64,000 nucleotides of DNA from Felis catus (lineage: Eukaryota). Below are positions 35,640-48,890 of the stretch, in pieces. The notes under the pieces were generated by a model that saw nothing but the letters and a program-made list of their open reading frames with translations, had not been told where the DNA came from and made no database searches. The stretch's first letter is position 1, and the number at the start of each line of letters is the position of its first letter. The position numbers and the translations under genes are program-made. The stretch is from contig NC_058368.1 in assembly GCF_018350175.1 (NCBI RefSeq), forward strand, positions 119,414,001 through 119,478,000, read 5' to 3'.

Positions 35640-36270
35640 CATGTTGGCAAAAGCATTGAGTTTGGAGGGTTGTCCCAGAACAACTCTCACCCCAGCTACT
35701 TAAGGACTTTGACCTTGGGCAAGTTCCTTACACTCTCCGAGGTTTAATTTTCTCATGCATAAAATGAGAAAACTTAACAGGACTCATGTGAAGACTTACT
35801 GAAAGAGGAATACCATTATCACTATTTGGCGATATTTTATTCTGTGCCAGTCATTACTTGCATCAGTCATAAAACAAAAAGAGAAACCATAAAACACCAC
35901 TGTCCCCATTTTATAGATGGGTGAACTGAGGCTTAGAGAGCTGTTATTCGCCTAGGGTCATTCCCCTGCATCTCTTCTGAGTGCCCAAGCCGCGTTTCTC
36001 CATAGCGTGTGACGAACTGCTTCAGTGTCACAGTGAGAGCTGCCATCTAACAGACCCTTCGTATGAGGTCTGTGCTGACCACTCCGTGCACGTTATTACT
36101 TGAAACAACATTTTGATGAGATGGGCATTAGCATTAGCATCCCCATTTCGCCGATAAATCAGTTTTGAAGCTAGGAAACTGAAGTCATTTGCCTGAGGTC
36201 ACCGTGGTAGGTGATGGGCCCGAGCTCTGAGTCCAGATCAGTGTGATTTTAGAGCTGTGCCATTCTGTCC
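35640..36270. mobile_element. Three MIRs (+, -, -)
   Basis: tgaccttgggcaagttccttacactctc (+), ccccattttatagatgggtgaactgaggcttagagag (-), gaagtcatttgcctgaggtcac (-). Confidence 0.82.
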
Positions 36271-36694
36271 TCCAGGACATATGTCATAGGGGCAGATCAG
36301 AGAAGCCATATTGTAGCCATGCTGGTGGTTTTTATTGAAATTCTTTAGTTACCTCATCAGCCTTCAACTCCACAAAGTGGTTTGGCAGTATGTAGTCCCA
36401 GAACTGTCAGGACAAGAAAACCGTTCTGGCTCTTCTAAGCCTGAGGAAGTCGCTTCAGAATATCTGATTATAAAGGAACATACAATGTTGAAAAATCTGG
36501 CCAACATCTAGTGCTCACAAAGCATGGAATGAGTGTCAATCATTCATATATCATATGATACTAGGACCTCTTGGTATAACCCAAAGGGAAGGCCTGAATG
36601 TTTGTGCCTTGCCTTAAAGAAATTTCCATGCAATATACTTATCCTCTGCTTAGGTCTCCTCCCATTGACTACAGTGGTATTAGAAAAACATTGT

Positions 36695-36920
36695 TTTCTT
36701 TTTTTTTTTAATTTTTTTTAATGTTTATTTATTTTTGAGACAGAGAGAGACAGAGCATGAATGGGGGAGGGGCAGAGAGAGGGAGACACGGAATCTGAAA
36801 CAGGCTCCAGGCTCTGAGCTGTTAGCACAGAGCCCAACGAGGGGCTCGAACTCATGGACTGCGAGATCATGACCCGAGCCGAAGACGGCAGCTTAACCGA
36901 CAGAGCCACCCAGGCGCCCC
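36695..36920 (-). mobile_element. Can-SINE (SINEC_Fc)
   Basis: Full-length body with T-rich tail on the left; no clear TSD. Confidence 0.96.
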
Positions 36921-37059
36921 TTGATATCTTACTTTTATATCATAAAGATGATCTAATGTGCTGGCCCATTTCAATAGGCCTTTATGGGTACCAGAACTTT
37001 AGGAAAGAAAAACTCTGCTCTGTGTTTGACGTAAGGGAAATTGTCCTTACCAGGAACGT

Positions 37060-37220
37060 GGAAGTGGAAAATGGATTGGGCTGGAGAGTAGAGACTTGGG
37101 TCTTTGTCCCAATCTGTCTCTACACAGCTGTGGGACCTGAGACAAATCATTTCCCCTCTCTGGGCCTCAGTTTGGCCAATGGCAAAATTAAGTGATGACC
37201 CATATGACTTCTAAAGTTAT
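37060..37220 (+). mobile_element. MIR/MIR3
   Basis: gagacttgggtctttgtcc...aaatcatttcccctctctgggcctcagttt. Confidence 0.75.
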
Positions 37221-37508
37221 TTTAGAACTAATAAAAAAAAATTTGAATGTGCTCTTTTCTTCCGTGAAGAGGTTTTTCCTGCCACTCATGTGAGGTTGGA
37301 GCCATGCAGGGAGTTAATAGGGAAAATCTGCACATAGCCTGAATCTCCTAGTTTTTCCCTCCTGCCCAAGGGTACCACCAGTTACTGTCAGCATCACTAC
37401 TGATGTGAGCATGACTTGCCAGAAGCTCTCGGTTACATGGACAGCCTGCTTTAAAAGCAAAGTATATTTGTCTAAATTCAAGTTTATCAGAAATGATGTT
37501 TATCCTCA

Positions 37509-37693
37509 TTTTTAAAATGCTTATCTATTTTTGAGAGAGACAGACAGAAAGAGCATGGACAGGGGAGGAGCAGAGAGAACGGGAGACAGAGAATCTGAGC
37601 TGTCAGCACAGAGGCGGACACGGGGCTCAAACTCACGAACCACGAGATCGTGACCTGAGCTGAAATCAACTGGCTGAGCTACCCAGGTGCCTC
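37509..37693 (-). mobile_element. Can-SINE with internal deletions
   Basis: SINEC body lacking the segment between two tctga motifs; degenerate TSD tttatcctcattttta / tttagcctcatcttta. Confidence 0.92.
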
Positions 37694-39128
37694 CATTTAG
37701 CCTCATCTTTACATGATAAGAGTGATTCTCTATTACAATCAGCAACTGCAAATAGAAAGTGAATCTAAAATGAGGATCAAACTAGGAATGAGAAAGGTAA
37801 AATGACAGAAACTATTGTGTATTATCTCTCAAATAAAGCTGATATTTTAGAGGTAGTATAACATAAGCTCATTTAAAATATGACTGTGAAAGAATGGGGA
37901 GTGAGTGTGTGGAAAATCAAAAGCGGACTAAGTCTTTTGACTTACGTTGGTTCATAATAACTGAGTTTACAGTGAACGAAAAAAAAAAGCTGTTCAACAA
38001 TTTAAAAACGAATGTTAAAACAGCCTCTTGTCACTGAGATATCTTTTTTATAACTCAGAAGAATTATAAACACTTTGTCTTTTTGACAAATTATTTCCTA
38101 AAATGATATGTTGACCATTAATATCTAACAGGTGGAGGTTCACTGCTGGTCAGGCTCTTTTGTCACGCCATTATATCTAGAATTCCTTCCGTGCAGTATT
38201 TCCCATGCTTTAATCACGTCTCAAAGACCTAATCTGCAGAGGGAACATAGTCTGCAGAGGGAACAGACTCCCAATGCAAAAGCTCGTTTTATTCCCCATC
38301 TTGCCTAGCACTTGTTTCTGGGTTTTGAAAATGTGTCATTTCAGCACAGACCGTGTCTGTAGGCACTACATGAGTGGACTTTGATTTAGCCAGCCCATTT
38401 AATTGAGTACATCTTAATAGTCACTGGGGATCACAGACTTTGATAGATTCAGTAATGGATGGATTGGTTATTTGATGTTAAAGTTAGTTCACATTTCCCT
38501 GGATAAGAACAGACCATCAATTCGACTGACTGAGACACATTTAGCAGATCCTGGTGGGTGAGCTATGTCTGATTCTGCCAATGTTATAAATGATTGGTAG
38601 AGAAGAATCAACATGCTGTTCAAAAAGTCTATAGACATTGTATTGCAAGATGTCATGAATACAACTGAGTTAGAATAAATTAAAAAGTTATTTGGAGCTT
38701 CTAAAGAGGTTAAAAGTACTATGGAAACTAAGTAAGATACACCATAGGAAAAAAAAAAATAAAAGCTTATAAGCTTATTGGTAAGAATCACAAGCATAAA
38801 GATCATTGTTTGGTAAAGCTAAGATTCACTAACATAAGTACTTTTGTGTAGGAAATATAAGAAGGACTGAATTAAAAATAGGTGGTCGATGCACCAGGAT
38901 GGAAAATAGAGAAGTACAGAAGAGTCTTTTGATGAGATCAATAAAAGAGAATCACATTACCATAGCAGAAATCCTTTTCACACTTGTCAGCCTTTAATTG
39001 CTGGTCACATTCAAAAGAGGCGTTTGCAACTGCTTTTATATTGAGAGTCTGTGTCCTCTTTAAAGATAACTCTTTGAGGCATAATTGGGCATGGTAAATA
39101 ATGGATGGAAACAACTTAATATCCAACA

Positions 39129-39130
<2 letters not shown>

Positions 39131-39170
<40 letters not shown>
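39131..39170. repeat. (GT)20 microsatellite
   Basis: Perfect GT run. Confidence 0.97.
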
Positions 39171-39172
<2 letters not shown>

Positions 39173-39249
39173 TCTCAGAGAGTAGGTTCTAAAGGTTGAG
39201 AAAGTATGTTAACATAGCAATTCTTAAAACCTCGATCCAAAGTGAGAAG

Positions 39250-40225
39250 ATGAATGTTTTTTAAAAAATGTTTGGACCTGAGCACCTTAGTTCAGTACAA
39301 CCATGTGCATGCAATCAACAGATAGTAGACAAATCTACCCTGAATCACCCAATGCAGAGATGTCTTCGTCATTTTAGTTGAAAATATTATTCATCATTTA
39401 GATTAAAAACCTCACTTTACTGTGGCTGGAGATACACTTGAATGCAATTATTTTCATAGGAATTTCGTAAGGTGGATTTACTTTCTTCTTTAGGAAACTT
39501 CTTAAGAGACTTCTAAGTCATATTGGTTCACTATTTATTCCCCAAGCATTTGTTTTAATCATGCATAATCTATGGCTGCATCCACCATGAGAAGTTAATA
39601 GAAGAACTAAGACCAGTGAAACCACATGAGAAAGAGCAGAATGTCCGCTGCTTTTCATAAATATGTATTGAGCACTCAGCCATGCATGAAGCCTGCTTTC
39701 AATGCTAATGGTGATGTGAAGATAACTTGGCTAATAATGCCACTGTGCTCTGCATTAGTTTAATCACATCTGGAAAAATATATATAGTTTTCGGTTTCTT
39801 GCCTTACGTGTTTGACCTGGGGATAAGAAACATGTCATATGGGGGAAATTAAAAGGGATTAGTAATGATAAGCATGCAAAATAAGAGGGTTGTTGAAAAT
39901 AAGGTAGTGTCTTCAAAACCGTGTGAGGTCAGAGACCACTTCTATTTTACCCTCTCAGCTCCTTGCATCCTGGCATAAAATACATATTCAGTAATTATCT
40001 TTGGAATGGGTTTTGAAGGGGAAATCAAGTTAGAGAGGAATTACGTACCTTTTCTGCAGCTCAAAGAAGCAGAGATATAAGTAAGGGTGGCAGTCATTTA
40101 GCCATAAATTCTATCTTAATGTAAGTAGAATTTTCCAACAATGGCCCAGAAGAGTGAAAGCTGCTTATAAAATGTGGAGCTTGTTAAAAGTAAATGTTCA
40201 ACTAAATGCTGGATAATCATATAGA
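39250..40225 (+). mobile_element. Ancient CR1/L3 LINE relic, fragmented
   Basis: ccactgtgctctgcattagtttaatcacatctggaa, ttaatgtaagtagaattttccaacaat and aatgttcaactaaatgctggataatcat follow the recalled L3 3' motif order; very diverged. Confidence 0.55.
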
Positions 40226-40289
40226 GGTAATTTCTGCTTTGGATAGAAATAATTGCCAATATTCTATAAAAGCATAATTGACTTACTTG

Positions 40290-43092
40290 ACAAGTTTGTT
40301 AACATATAGGGTAATAAAGATTTCAGGAATAGAACTTAGTGATTCATCACTTACAGGGTTCATCCCAGCAAGTGTCCTCCTGAACACCCATCACCCATTT
40401 AGCCCATCCCCCCCCACCCAACACCCCACCAGCAACCTTCAGTTTTTCTTTGTATTTAAGTCTTTTATGCTCTGTCTCCCTCTCTGTTTTTATATTATGT
40501 TTGCTTCCCTTCCCTTATGTTCATCTCTTTTGTATCTTAAATTCCACATATAAGTGAAATCATATGATATTTTTCTTTCTCTTATTTTTCTGAGCATAAT
40601 ACTCCCTAGTTCCATCCACGTTGTTGCAAATGGCAAGATTTCATTCTTTTTGAACACCAAGTAACATTTCATTGTATTTTTATGTATACACATATATATG
40701 TGTATATATGTATATGTGTACATAATATGTGTGTATACATATAGATATCTATATATACATATATAGATATATATATACATATATATATATCTCACATCTT
40801 CTTTATCCATTCATCAGTCTATAGACATTGGGGCTCTTTCTATAATTGGGCTATTGTTGATAGCACTGCTACAAACATTGTGCCCCTTCAAAACACCACT
40901 CCTGTATCCTTTGGACAAATACCTAGTAGTACAATTGCTAGGTCATAGGGTAGTTCAATTTTTAATTTTTTGAGGAACCTCCACACCATTTTCCAGAGTG
41001 GCTGCATCAGTTTGGTTGTTGAGTTTAATAAGTTCTTTACAGATTTTGGATACTAACCCTTTATCTGATATGTCATTTGCAAATAACTTCTCCCATTCCG
41101 TCAGTTGCCTTTTAGTTTTGCTGATTGTTGCCTTCACCGTGCAGAAGCTTTTTATCTTGATGAAGTCCTAAAAGTTCATTTGTGCTTTTGTTTCCCTGGC
41201 CTCTGGAGACTCATCGAGTAAGAAGTTGCTGTGGCCGAGGTTAAAGAGGTTTTTGCCTGCTTTCTCCTCTAGGATTTTGATGGCTTCCTGTCTTATGTTT
41301 ATGTCTTTCAACCATTTTGAGTTTATTTTTGCATATGGTGTAAGAAAGTGGTCCAGGTTCATTCTTTTGCATGTCACTGTCCAGTTTTCCTAACACCATG
41401 TGCTGAAGAGACAGTCTTTTTCCATTTTGTCAAAGATTAGTTGGTCATACATTTGTGGGTCGATTTCTGGGTTCTCTATTCTGTTCCATTGATCTGAATG
41501 TCTGTTTTTGTGCCAGTACCATAGTGTCTTGATGATTACAGCTTTGTAATACAGCTTGAAGTCTGGAATTGTGATGCCTCTAGCTTTGGTTTTCTTTTTC
41601 AGGACTGCTTTGGCTATTCGGTGTCTTTTCTGATTCCATACACATTTTAGGATTGTTTGTTCTAGCTCCGTGAAGAATGGTGGTATTATTTTGATAGGGA
41701 TTGCATTGAATGTGTAGCTTGCTTTGGGTGGTATCGACATTTTAACAACATTTGTTCTTCCAATCCATTAGCATGGGATGTTTTTCTATTTTTTTGTGTC
41801 TTCTTTCAATTCTTTAATAAGCTTTCTATAGTTTTCAGTGCATAGATTTTTCACCTCTTTGTTTAGGTTATTCCTAGGTATTTTATGGGTTTTGGTGCAG
41901 TTGGAAATGGTATCAATTCCTTTATTTCTCTTTCTGCTGTTTCATTATTGGCGTATAGAAATGCAACCGATTTCTGTACATTGATTTTATATCCTGCAAT
42001 TTTGCTGAATTCATGGATGAGCTCTAGCAGTTTTTTGGTGGACACTTTCAGGTTTTCCGCATAGAATATGATGTTGTCTGCAAAGAGTGAAAGTTTGACT
42101 TCTTCCTTGCCAATTTGGATGTCTTTTATTTCTTTGCGTTGTCTGTTTGTGAGGCTAGGACTGCCAATACTATGTTGAATAACAGTGATGAGAGTGGACA
42201 TTCCTGTTGTGTTCCTGACCTTAGGGGGAAAGCTCTCAGGTTTTCTCCTTTGAGAATCATATTAGCAGTGGGTCTTTCATATATGGCTTTTATGATCTTG
42301 AGGTTTGATCCTTCTATTCCTACTTTCTTGAGGGTTTTAATCAAGAAAGAATGCTGTATGTTGTCAAATGCTGTCTCTGCATCTACTGAGAGGATCATGT
42401 GGCTCTTATCCTTTCTTTTATTAATGTGAAGCATCACATTGATTCATTTGCAGATATTGAACTAGACTTGCATCCCAGAAATAAATCCCCCTTGATTATT
42501 GATGAATAATTCTTTTAATGGATTGTTGGATCCAATTTGCTAGTATCTTTCTGGGAATTTTTGCATCCATGTTCATCAGGGAAATTGGTCTGTAGTTCTC
42601 CTTTGTAGTGGAGTCTTTGTCTGGTTTTGGAATCAAGGTAATGTTGGCCTTGTAGAATGAGTTTGGAAGTTTTCCTTCCATTTATAATCTTTGGAACAGC
42701 TTTAAAATAGTAGGTGCTACCTCTTCTTTAAATGTTTGGTAGAATTTCCCTGGAAGTCCATCAAGTCCTGGACTCATTTGTTGGGAGATTTTTTATTACT
42801 GACTCAATTTCTTTACTGGTTATGGGTCTGTTCAAATTTTCTATTTCTTCCTGTTTCAGTTTTGGTAGTTTATATGCTTCTAGGAATTTGTCCATTTCTT
42901 CCACATTGCCCAATTTGTTGGCATATAATTGCTCATAATATTCTCTTATTATTGTTTGTATTTTTGCGGTGTTGGTTGTAATCTCTCCTCTTTCATTCAT
43001 GATTTTATTTATTTGGGTTCTTTCCTTTTTCTTTGTGATCAGTCTGGCTAGGGGTTTATCAATTTTGTTAATTCTTTCAGAGAACCATCAGC
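40290..43092 (-). mobile_element. Carnivore L1, ~2.8 kb, 5'-truncated, fragmented ORF2 (RT to C-terminus) and 3'UTR
   Basis: Minus-strand ORFs: [44 protein letters not shown] (catalytic FADD to FADN), [14 protein letters not shown]; many frameshifts. Confidence 0.98.
40681..40790. repeat. TA/CATA/TAGA low-complexity expansion inside L1
   Basis: About 110 bp of mostly alternating TA-rich sequence. Confidence 0.93.
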
Positions 43093-43269
43093 TGTTTTCC
43101 ATTCTTAATGGTGACACTGGTTCTTTGACAAATTCACAACAGAAATCCAGCCTGTACACCTAGCCACAAACATATGGGGTTAGAATGTCTAAGCCACATG
43201 GATAGAAGCATCCTTTGAAATTTAGCTACTGAAGAGAGCCAACTATTCCCAAAATATGGTTCCTTTTTA

Positions 43270-43491
43270 TTTTTTTTTAATTTTTTTTTCAACGTTTATT
43301 TATTTTTGGGACAGAGAGAGACAGAGCATGAATGGGGAGGGGCAGAGAGAGAGGGAGACACAGAATCGGAAACAGGCTCCAGGCTCTGAGCCATCAGCCC
43401 AGAGCCTGACGCGTGGCTTGAACTCACGGACCTTGAGATCGTGACCTGGCTGAAGTCGGACGCTTAACCGACCGCGCCACCCAGGCGCCCC
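43270..43491 (-). mobile_element. Can-SINE, young SINEC_Fc type
   Basis: Full length; perfect 17-bp TSD aatatggttccttttta at 43253-43269 and 43492-43508. Confidence 0.98.
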
Positions 43492-44199
43492 AATATGGTT
43501 CCTTTTTAAATTTTACCCTCTTTATGATTTTCCACTGCCACCCTGTGCAGTTCAGAAAGCAAGTCAGGCCATGGTGCTTCACTGTAATGCCTAGCCAATA
43601 GCACAGTGCCCCATGCTGCTCTCTCAGCCCCTTCTAGAGCAGTAAGAAGGGTTCAGAGATTCCACAAGTCAACCAAGTTGCAACCAGCTGCAACCAGCTG
43701 GACCTCAGAGTTGTGGGTGCAAAATGAGGAAGGAATTTGGCTAACTGGCCAATTTCTACTGTCCCAAATCTGGTTGGTTAAAATCAGGCAGAATCAACCT
43801 TATTTTCATGACAAAAAAAAAGGAAAAACCAGATCCGTTCACCACATTTTCAACCCACAGCAATGAAACGCCTGTGAGAAAGTTACAAAGACTAAAAAAT
43901 CTTTCTCAAAATTGTTTGCTAGTTTCATATCATCTAAAAAATCTGAACTAGTGACTTTAATATTTTATTCCACTATGTTTACCTTAATAAGATTAAACAT
44001 CAGGAGTTCTCAGTTATATGCTTGACTGTTTTTCTATTTGATGTAAATGTATAGGAACACATACTGGGTTAATTAATGTGTAGGTTAAAACTCTCTCTTC
44101 GTCTAAAATATTTGACGTGGTCTACCCTCTGACACCATAGAGTGAAAATAAGAAGAGTAACGACAACAACCACAAAAATACCAGCAATTATCTTGAGTT

Positions 44200-44385
44200 A
44201 ATGTGCTTTTTTAGCTCCCTCAACAAGATCAATTTTGTTCTTATTTCTCTTATTGAAATAAGAACACTGGAGCATTGAGAAGTTAAGCATCTGGCATGAG
44301 ATCACACAGCCACTAAGTGGTAGATGTGGCATTTGAACCTACAGCACCTGATTCTGGAGTACTTGCCTTTACCTATGACCATTTC
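44200..44385 (-). mobile_element. MIR
   Basis: gagaagttaagcatctggcatgagatcacacagccactaagtggtagatgtggcatttgaacct. Confidence 0.8.
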
Positions 44386-44649
44386 CCACCTGCCTGTAGT
44401 CAGAGAGCAAAAGCACTTAGAGCAGGATTTAGCATAGCCCTGGAAATAATGAAACAGGGGCCAGAGAAAGGGTCCGATTACAAAACACCCAATGACCGAG
44501 CAGTCTCAACCTTCTCTTGGCATTAGTGACTGAGTCTACTAAGGCAGTGGGCTCAATGATGCCAAGTCTCCAGTCATGTGGGAACAAGGACGGGTGGATC
44601 CTTCCTGTTGTCTCTGACTTTCTACTCACTGAGAGTGGAAATCTTCCAC

Positions 44650-45075
44650 ACAGCTTACGATCTGCAATCATTAACATGACTTCGTTACTCCGCATCTTCA
44701 TCAATGCAGTTTTACTACTCCAGAAAACTCTTGCCCAGGAAAAACAGAGTTGCAACCAACCTTGTCATTCATTCCAGGAATTGAAAGACTCATGAATTAT
44801 TGAATAGGAAGTCTCATCTAACAGTTTATATCCCAAGACTCTGAAGCTGTTGCCTCAAAATCCTCACTTTGCTTTTTCTATGAATCCCAAATTATTTTGT
44901 CAAGGTGTTTACCCAATCCTGGCTAGACCCCCTGTGTGGAAAGGCCTACCTTAAATCAGACCTCAAATCTCAATCAGTATCTCAACTTAGTCTTTCTCTC
45001 TGAGATCCTGTTACAGTTCTGGTAAGGGGTGTTCTCCTCAGCATACCAAGTAGTGAACTTGGCTTTGTCAACATT
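44650..45075 (+). mobile_element. Old ERV1-class solo LTR (MER110/MER90-like)
   Basis: acccaatcctggctagaccccc...gaaaggcctaccttaaatcagacctcaaatctcaatcagtatc...ggtgttctcct...ggctttgtcaaca. Confidence 0.6.
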
Positions 45076-45853
45076 TGGTATTTTGTATATTTTGTAGGGC
45101 CAGCATTTAACACCTCTCAGGGGAAATTCAGTCACTTCTTCCATGTGGGTTTCTCTGACATCCCTTCCCCACTCCAAAAGAAAACAGAAGTAGTTAGGAC
45201 TTGCTCACATGCTGAATATTCAAAACTCTTTGACATTGTTAGAATATTGATCACTTATCTCATCATTGCCTAAGCAAAAGCAAGTTATTATCAGCATTTA
45301 AGTATTAAAGGATTCATGATGTCAGTTCAATGTAATGTTAAATGTTTGTTCTTTATTTAAAATTTCCATGAAATTTATTAAAAGTCGTGCTTTGTTTGCC
45401 TAAATGATTGTTGTGGAAACAGTATAATTTAGTGGGGGAGGGGGGAGGGAGAGAAAAAAATGAGCATCTATGGCTAGATGTCATCAAGAAGGATTGATAT
45501 ACAAATTAAATTTGGTACATTATGGAAACATTAAGTTTTTCTCAAACAGAAAAAGTTGTTTCTTGTTGTTTTGCTCTTCATATATATGATGTTACAGAGA
45601 CTATCTGGAATGTGTATGTGTGATTTAAGAAATAATAATGAAAGGAGATACCATGTACTCACTACCCAGGTTAGACTGGTATGTTGCAAGGACACCAAAT
45701 GGCCTAATTTTATGTTTTTACAATGTATTATTGCAGTCTCTAGATACACTTTTCACCAGTATGTTTCTCAAACTTACTGCAATGTAGATACGCCAACTTT
45801 TTCTTCAAGTGGCATCGCTACAATCTGATTTATGGTAAGCATTTTATCTGTTT

Positions 45854-46013
45854 GCTTGTTTATTTATTTATTTTTAATATAATTTATTGTCAAAATGGTT
45901 TCCATACAACACCCAGTGCTCATCCCAACAAGTGCCCTCCTCCCTGCCCATCACCCACTCTCCCCTCTCCCCGCCCCCCCCCCACACCTACCCTTGGTTT
46001 GTTTTCAGTCCTT
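45854..46013 (-). mobile_element. 160-bp felid L1 3' tip
   Basis: aatttattgtcaaaatggtttccatacaacacccagtgctcatccc; perfect 16-bp TSD agcattttatctgttt at 45838-45853 and 46014-46029. Confidence 0.96.
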
Positions 46014-46404
46014 AGCATTTTATCTGTTTAGAAAGGGAATTGACAATAAATCTTCAGATGAAAAATCCTACTAAAAAAACAGGAAAAGACTTGGCAATTT
46101 AACACAATATAGTGATTTCTCTTCCTGCTTTATTCCTTTAGTCCATAATGAAATTGTTCTTGAGTGCTTCCTTGCTCCATGATGCTCTGGACCAGTGCCT
46201 GTGCCCCACCTCATGTGAACCCTACCTCTGAGCTATCATTTACAGACTTGAGCAGTGTCTACGTGTTTGGTCACAGTCCCATCCTCAGAGCCCTCATAGC
46301 CTTTTATACCTAGTATGTGCTCAGCACATGTTAATTAAATGAATGGCTGGCATTCTCAGCAGCCTGCAAATCTTGACAGAATCTTGGTTGTTCTTCAACA
46401 TTCA

Positions 46405-46575
46405 TCTCAGATCATGATCTAAGGTTTCATTAAGATCGAGCGCCCCCTGGGGCGCTGTGCTGACAGCAGGGAACCTTTTTGGGATTTTCTCTCTCCCTCT
46501 CCTTCTGCCCCTCCCCTGTTCTCAATCTGTCTCTTTCTCTCAAAATAAATAATTAAACACTTAAGAAAACATAAA
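46405..46575 (+). mobile_element. 5'-truncated Can-SINE
   Basis: ctcagatcatgatct...tgtgctgacagc...ctctccctctccttctgcccctcccc...ctcaaaataaataa. Confidence 0.9.
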
Positions 46576-46589
46576 TTTTCATTAGATTT

Positions 46590-46741
46590 CTTTTATTTCA
46601 AACAAATTGATGTTATTAGTAAGAAATGAAATACTGCAAAGACAAGTAAAGAAATATGCTTTTTCCAATCCCATCTTTCTGAATAAGCAGTGTTAACATT
46701 TAGGATTTTCCAGTCTTGTATCATTGTTCTCAAAACTATGT

Positions 46742-46795
<54 letters not shown>

Positions 46796-47039
46796 AGAAA
46801 AAGGATTTCCCCCAACTTGCCATATTGCTCTCAGAAGGAATTGTATTATACACACTATTCTAAAAGCCTTATTTTCTCACTCAAATAAATCATGATTTGT
46901 AGAAATGAGACTAACTTGATTTTTTAATGGTTACTGATTTTCCATAGTACAGATGTGCTATAATATATCCAACTGTTTCTTAATGGACATTCTGGTTTTC
47001 AGTTCTTTGCCATTTCAAGCAATATTGCAGTAAACACCC

Positions 47040-47076
<37 letters not shown>

Positions 47077-47110
47077 TGTGTGTCTGAAGTTTTTATTGTT
47101 TGCCCCATAC
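46590..47110 (-). mobile_element. Old L1M 3'UTR fragment carrying (CT)n 46748-46791 and (TG)n 47045-47082
   Basis: ttttttaatggttactgattttccatagtacagatgtgctataatatatccaac...atggacatt reverse L1M motif. Confidence 0.75.
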
Positions 47111-47999
47111 ACTGCCAGAGATAAGAAAAAATGAGAAATTGCTGAAACTTCTTTTCACTGAAGTTCTTCATGTTACAGGAGTTTCTTTATGGAGGACAAA
47201 ATAAGATCCCCAATAAAGAGATGAGACATTTCAACTCATCTCTAAGAGGATGTGAAACTTTGCTACATACAATGTAAAATTTTGCTACAACATAAACTGA
47301 AATGACACTTTAAAAAATTTTTAATTTTTTGTAATCGTATACAAAAATTGTTGTAATCGTACGCCATCAAAGGAGAGTAATCATAAAAAAAAAAGATTTC
47401 TGTTCAAGGAAATGTAAATAGAACCTTAGAATGAGTTGGATGGCAACTGTTCCTTTTTAGAAAAAAACATTGTTTACTACAAAATAAATGAAACATTTAA
47501 TGTTTCAGTTCCATTTGGGAGTGATGTATGTTTTAAGGCCCAATTCCTCTTGCTAATCACAAACTCAGATGTCCTTGGATCTTCATGATACAGGAGGAAT
47601 GTGTTCAAATACCCAGCTGCCTACTGCAGAAAGTCTGTAAACCCGTTATTGGACTGGCCAGAGCACACATAATGCATAGTTCATATTCCACTTAAGGAAA
47701 GCCCACCAGGTGTGCAGAAACTGTTTACATCCTAATCAAAATGTCTGTATAACAAAAAGGACTCTTAAACTACTTTGAAAACTAAAACCTGAAGCATAAT
47801 GCATGAGTATGAAAAATACTTATAACGGGAATATTTCTTTTTATAACATTATAGAATTACACCAAACTATAGAATTTATACCTCACGTACCATATATAAG
47901 GAATCATAATATTTTAACAACTAATTCCTTCAGTTTCCAAAGATGAAGCCTTCGTATAAACCCATGCTATGCTATGTAGCATATATGCAAATATAATCC

Positions 48000-48890
48000 C
48001 TTGTTAATTTACACCCACCCCCAGTTTACAGTGAGAAGACAGAAATTATCATGCAGAATGATGATTGTTGTAATGGGGGAAGTCCAAGTGTCCTGAGAAG
48101 AAGTACCTGGGCTGGACTTGGGGTGAGGAAAGATCTTCTGGACCAGTAACATCTAATCTCAGGGAAAAGTTACAGTTGGATGAAAATTATTTCAGGCAGA
48201 GGATACCTCCTCAAAAATCAAGGAATGAGGGGCACCTGGGTGGCTCAGCCAGTTGAGCATCCGACTCTTGATTTTGGCTCACGTCATGATCCCATGGTCG
48301 TGAGATCAAACCCCACATCGGGCTCCACCCTGAATGTGGAGACTGCTTGAGATTCTCTCTTCCTCTCTCCCTGCCTCTCCCCCACTGTCTTTCTCAAAAA
48401 AAATTTTTTTAAGTCAGAGAATGAAATAGAACACAAATACATTAATGTATTAGAAGGCATTTGAAAGGGATAGAACACAGTAAATAAGAGGTGATGAGGA
48501 TGTGACAGCTCAGGCTGTAGTCACAGGAAGAAATATCCTTTGGGGTTTTTGCATCTGCAAGATCATGCCAGCTGCAACATGGAGAAAGGTATGAGAGTAG
48601 GGCATGAACAGAGACCTGGAGACCAGCTAGGAGGTTGCTGCCAGTTTTTTAAGGGAGATGATGGTGATCTGAATTAGGATAATGGTGATGGAGATGGGGA
48701 AGAGATGGAATCAATTCCCAAGCTCAGGGTGGAGTCTCACTTATTTAGAAGTAGAACATCAGATAGTCTCGCAGTTGGTTTGACAACAATTCCTTTTCTC
48801 AAAAAGGAGAAGAAAGCAAGATGGAGCATTGTTTCTTTGGATTTAATCCTAACCATGGAAGAAATGACTGATGCTATAGTGACTGCTTGT
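48000..48890 (-). mobile_element. L2 fragment interrupted by a Can-SINE
   Basis: ggagaccagctaggaggttgctgc...gggagatgatggtgatctgaattaggataatggtgatggagatggg reverse L2 motif. Confidence 0.75.
48229..48402 (+). mobile_element. Can-SINE, older subfamily
   Basis: ggggcacctgggtggctcagccagttgagcatccgactcttgattttggctca head. Confidence 0.94.
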
